Origin: Sphagnum compactum
Taxonomy: Eukaryota
DNA: 64,000 nt
Direction: 5' to 3'
Assembly (NCBI GenBank): GCA_965153455.1
Contig: OZ234493.1
Coordinates: forward strand, 31,176,213 to 31,240,212
Under the pieces are notes generated by a model. It had not been told where the DNA came from, made no database searches, and was given only the letters and a program-made list of their open reading frames with translations. The position numbers and the translations under genes were made by a program. The first letter of the stretch is position 1. Every line of letters starts with the position of its first letter. Of this stretch, positions 61,231 through 64,000 are shown piece by piece.

Positions 61231-62559
61231 ATTTCGTCAGTCCCCAAGCCAAAGTGATTCTTGTGTCTTCTTATGTTTGAAATTTGGGTACCTTTCATTT
61301 GTCTAAAACCAGAAATCCCAATCAGCTTGATCACTGATATATTCTCCACAACCCAGGCATGAATGGATCATAAGAACAGAGAAAGCCACACTGAGCTTCT
61401 CCATCAGCATATTGCATTTACCTACCTTCTCCAGCCTACTACTACTATCCCACCATTGCAAAGGACCTGAAAAGAATTTCTGCCAAGTTTAGACCAGGGC
61501 AGGATAGCAACCAAGAGAGAACAACAAACAAAATTGACACAAAAAAGAGCTCTGGCTCTATTGACATGTGAACTCTGACAGACGGTTTGATGTTCACTTA
61601 CCTTCTCTGATCTGTGATCCCACCATTATGAAGGATCCAAAAAGAACTACCGCCACAGTTTCTCCCTCTGACCTGCAGGGACTGCAAAAAAATTTCCTTT
61701 CAAATCACGTAATTTGATCACATAGAAGCCGCGATGAGGTACTGCGTCCTGCGTAGAATGCGTCCAATCTTTCGATCTTTTTCCGAAGATATGAGGTCAA
61801 CATTTTTCCGCAAACAAACCATGAGAAGAAGGCATTAGACAGACACACAGAGAGTAACAACACAAGAAAGCTTACCATTGCCGTGATCTCTGAGTACCGC
61901 CTCCGTTTCCATCCAATGCACTTTGGGTAGAAGTGCAGTGTACAGCAAAAGAAGTTTTTTTTGGTAAAGTGGAATTGCGTGTGCACACAGACACGTAGCA
62001 GCAAGCTCCTCCTGGTCGACCTTCCTCTTCTCCATGTGGCGGCGGAGCTGCTGCTGCTGCTTTTGTGGTCAAAAAAAGAGTGAGATCTTGCATATGGCAA
62101 CTGAACTCGCTGCACTGATGATGAAATTGCTGCTTCCCAAAAACCCTAGGCAATCGCTCTGTCTCTCTCTTGCTCCGCACAATCCAAGAGCATTCCAAGC
62201 AGACCCAAATGCAATTCCCTCTCAAGCGTCCAACCCAAATGTCATCTGTCTCACACCACCACCTGCGGATTTGTTGGTGGGACAATTCCGGAGTGAATAT
62301 AATCAGGCCGGTTGCCATGGCCCTAAAACCCCTCCAAAACCGTGGCACCCTAAAAAGGATGGCTCGCACGCCAGTAACCCTAAAAAGGGTGGAGCACCAG
62401 GAATGTGTTCCTACTGTTTGGTAGGGGAATATGGGTAGAGAACTCATAAAATAAGCTCCAGAGAACCAATGGTGAAATCAGTTTTGGAAACGAAATTACA
62501 AAGTTACAAATAGTACATTAGAGCACAGTGGCTTTTCACTATACAAATTCACTTACAAT

Positions 62560-63010
62560 TGGGCTGAAATTTCTCGTATGAAATGTGAGATCCTTGCGAG
62601 ATGCAGCTCAATTTTGGAGAGAATATACCTATTTTGAGCATGGTGACCTACAGTTCGACTGAATTTCTCAAGAGTGAAATGTGAAATTTCTTGTGAGTTG
62701 CAGGCTCAGTTTTCAAGAGACTTGTGAGAGCAAATGGCTGAATTTCTCCAGAGCGAAATGTGAGATCCTTGTGAGGTGCGGCTCATATTCAGAGATAATA
62801 AAGTTTGAGCATGGTGACTTTCAATATACACATTCACTTACAGTTCAGCTGATATTCTCAAGAGTCAAATGGGAAATCACTTGAGAAGTGCCGCTTTGCT
62901 ATGCTTTCCAGAGACGTGTGAGAGAAAATGGCTGAATTTCTCAAGAATGAAATGTGAAATCCTCATCTGGTGCAGATCAATTTCCAAGAAGCTTGTGAGA
63001 GAAAATGAAA
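62560..63010. repeat. Degenerate tandem repeat (GCTGAATTTCTCAAGAGTGAAATGTGAGATCCTTGTGAG core)
   Basis: Five cores at ~62562, 62657, 62737, 62848 and 62931, with alternating spacers. Confidence 0.8.
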
Positions 63011-64000
63011 GCTTGTGACTGTCCTTGGATATTAATGACCCTTCACAGGTCCTATGGTGGATTCAGGTACCCTTAACTGCTCTACAAATAGGTCAGGTTC
63101 TCAAATCACTCCCAATTTAGTGAAATTGCTCTATATTGGAATTTTGGCAACCATCCAATCCCAGCCTGGCTGATTCTTAGATCACATTGGAACATTGGGA
63201 ACATCAGTCAATGGTACATATACCAACCCTTTACCCTCTTGTCTCTTCCAAAAAAAAGAGAGAAACACTGAATTCAACACCCCATCAGACCATATGCTTG
63301 GTAAAACCAGATTTCTTTCAGCCATTGAATCATTTGACACTACAGGGGAAGAGAAAACTGACACCTTTGGATCCATTTTGAGACCTTCAGCTATGGAAAA
63401 CAGGTGGAAGAATTTGCATTGGATGAAACCCAATGCAATGAGCATGCTGATGGTGTAACTCAGACATGAAGTTCAATCTCTGCAGTCAACAATTGAGCAC
63501 TTCAGACTAGCAAATGTGCTATCCAGATGCAGCCTCCAAAGCATGTGTGTGATTTTGTTCATTGGCAGAAATCTGTTGATCCAAACTCGAAAAGCTCTAC
63601 CACTTATAGACATGGAATTGCTAACAGATCAAAAGCCTTGAAACATCTGCAACATTCTTGTGCATGAGCATCTTTAAGTGCAGAGGAGCTATTACATTCC
63701 ATGATTCTTAAGAACCAATGCCCTCCTGAATCAAAACAGCAGATTCTATACACAGAAAATCTAACTTTCAAATTGGCCAACTCCTGTCACTCACAATCAT
63801 CAGATGTGAAGGTTGTATTGAGTAACACAACTCCCATCTTAGTTGCATCTTCACCACATTGTCTAATATATGTACTTGTCCCTTTGTGCTATTTCTGATC
63901 TTAAGTGACATAGCTTAAACCTGTCCACTGTTTAAGTACAGATGATCTTCATTAAACTGCAGTTGGTCCACAAATCAAACAAGTTCTGACGCTACTTTTG

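Noticed and set aside
61705-62447. ORFs of 134-191 aa on both strands
   Set aside because: These are overlapping low-information ORFs in a GC-richer leader/promoter region with no domain; treated as non-coding.

Overview
This is AT-rich eukaryotic nuclear DNA with spliceosomal introns, from a land plant and most likely a bryophyte. The repeat landscape looks like Sphagnum, but that is inference and was not searched. Four genes appear intact and can be reconstructed exon by exon: a bZIP transcription factor (+, 11803-14751), an ABI3/VP1-type B3 transcription factor (+, 28136-31630), a LYR-motif protein (-, 33413-34432) and an A-type cytochrome P450 (-, 41202-43171). The rest is mostly transposon debris: CACTA, hAT, MULE and Harbinger-type MITEs, a solo LTR, a CRE-like RT/RLE LINE, Helitron remnants, tRNA-derived SINEs and many tandem arrays. 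The most unusual item is a ~6.8 kb element (16354-23183) with Helentron/DINE-like asymmetric inverted ends carrying OB-fold, OTU-like and AP-endonuclease remnants. Second is a minus-strand chimera of three unrelated pseudogene fragments (PPR-DYW, GIP1-like, RLCK kinase) behind a leader with intact splice sites. There are no prokaryotic features such as CRISPR arrays or operons. All protein family assignments are by-eye motif recognition, not database results.
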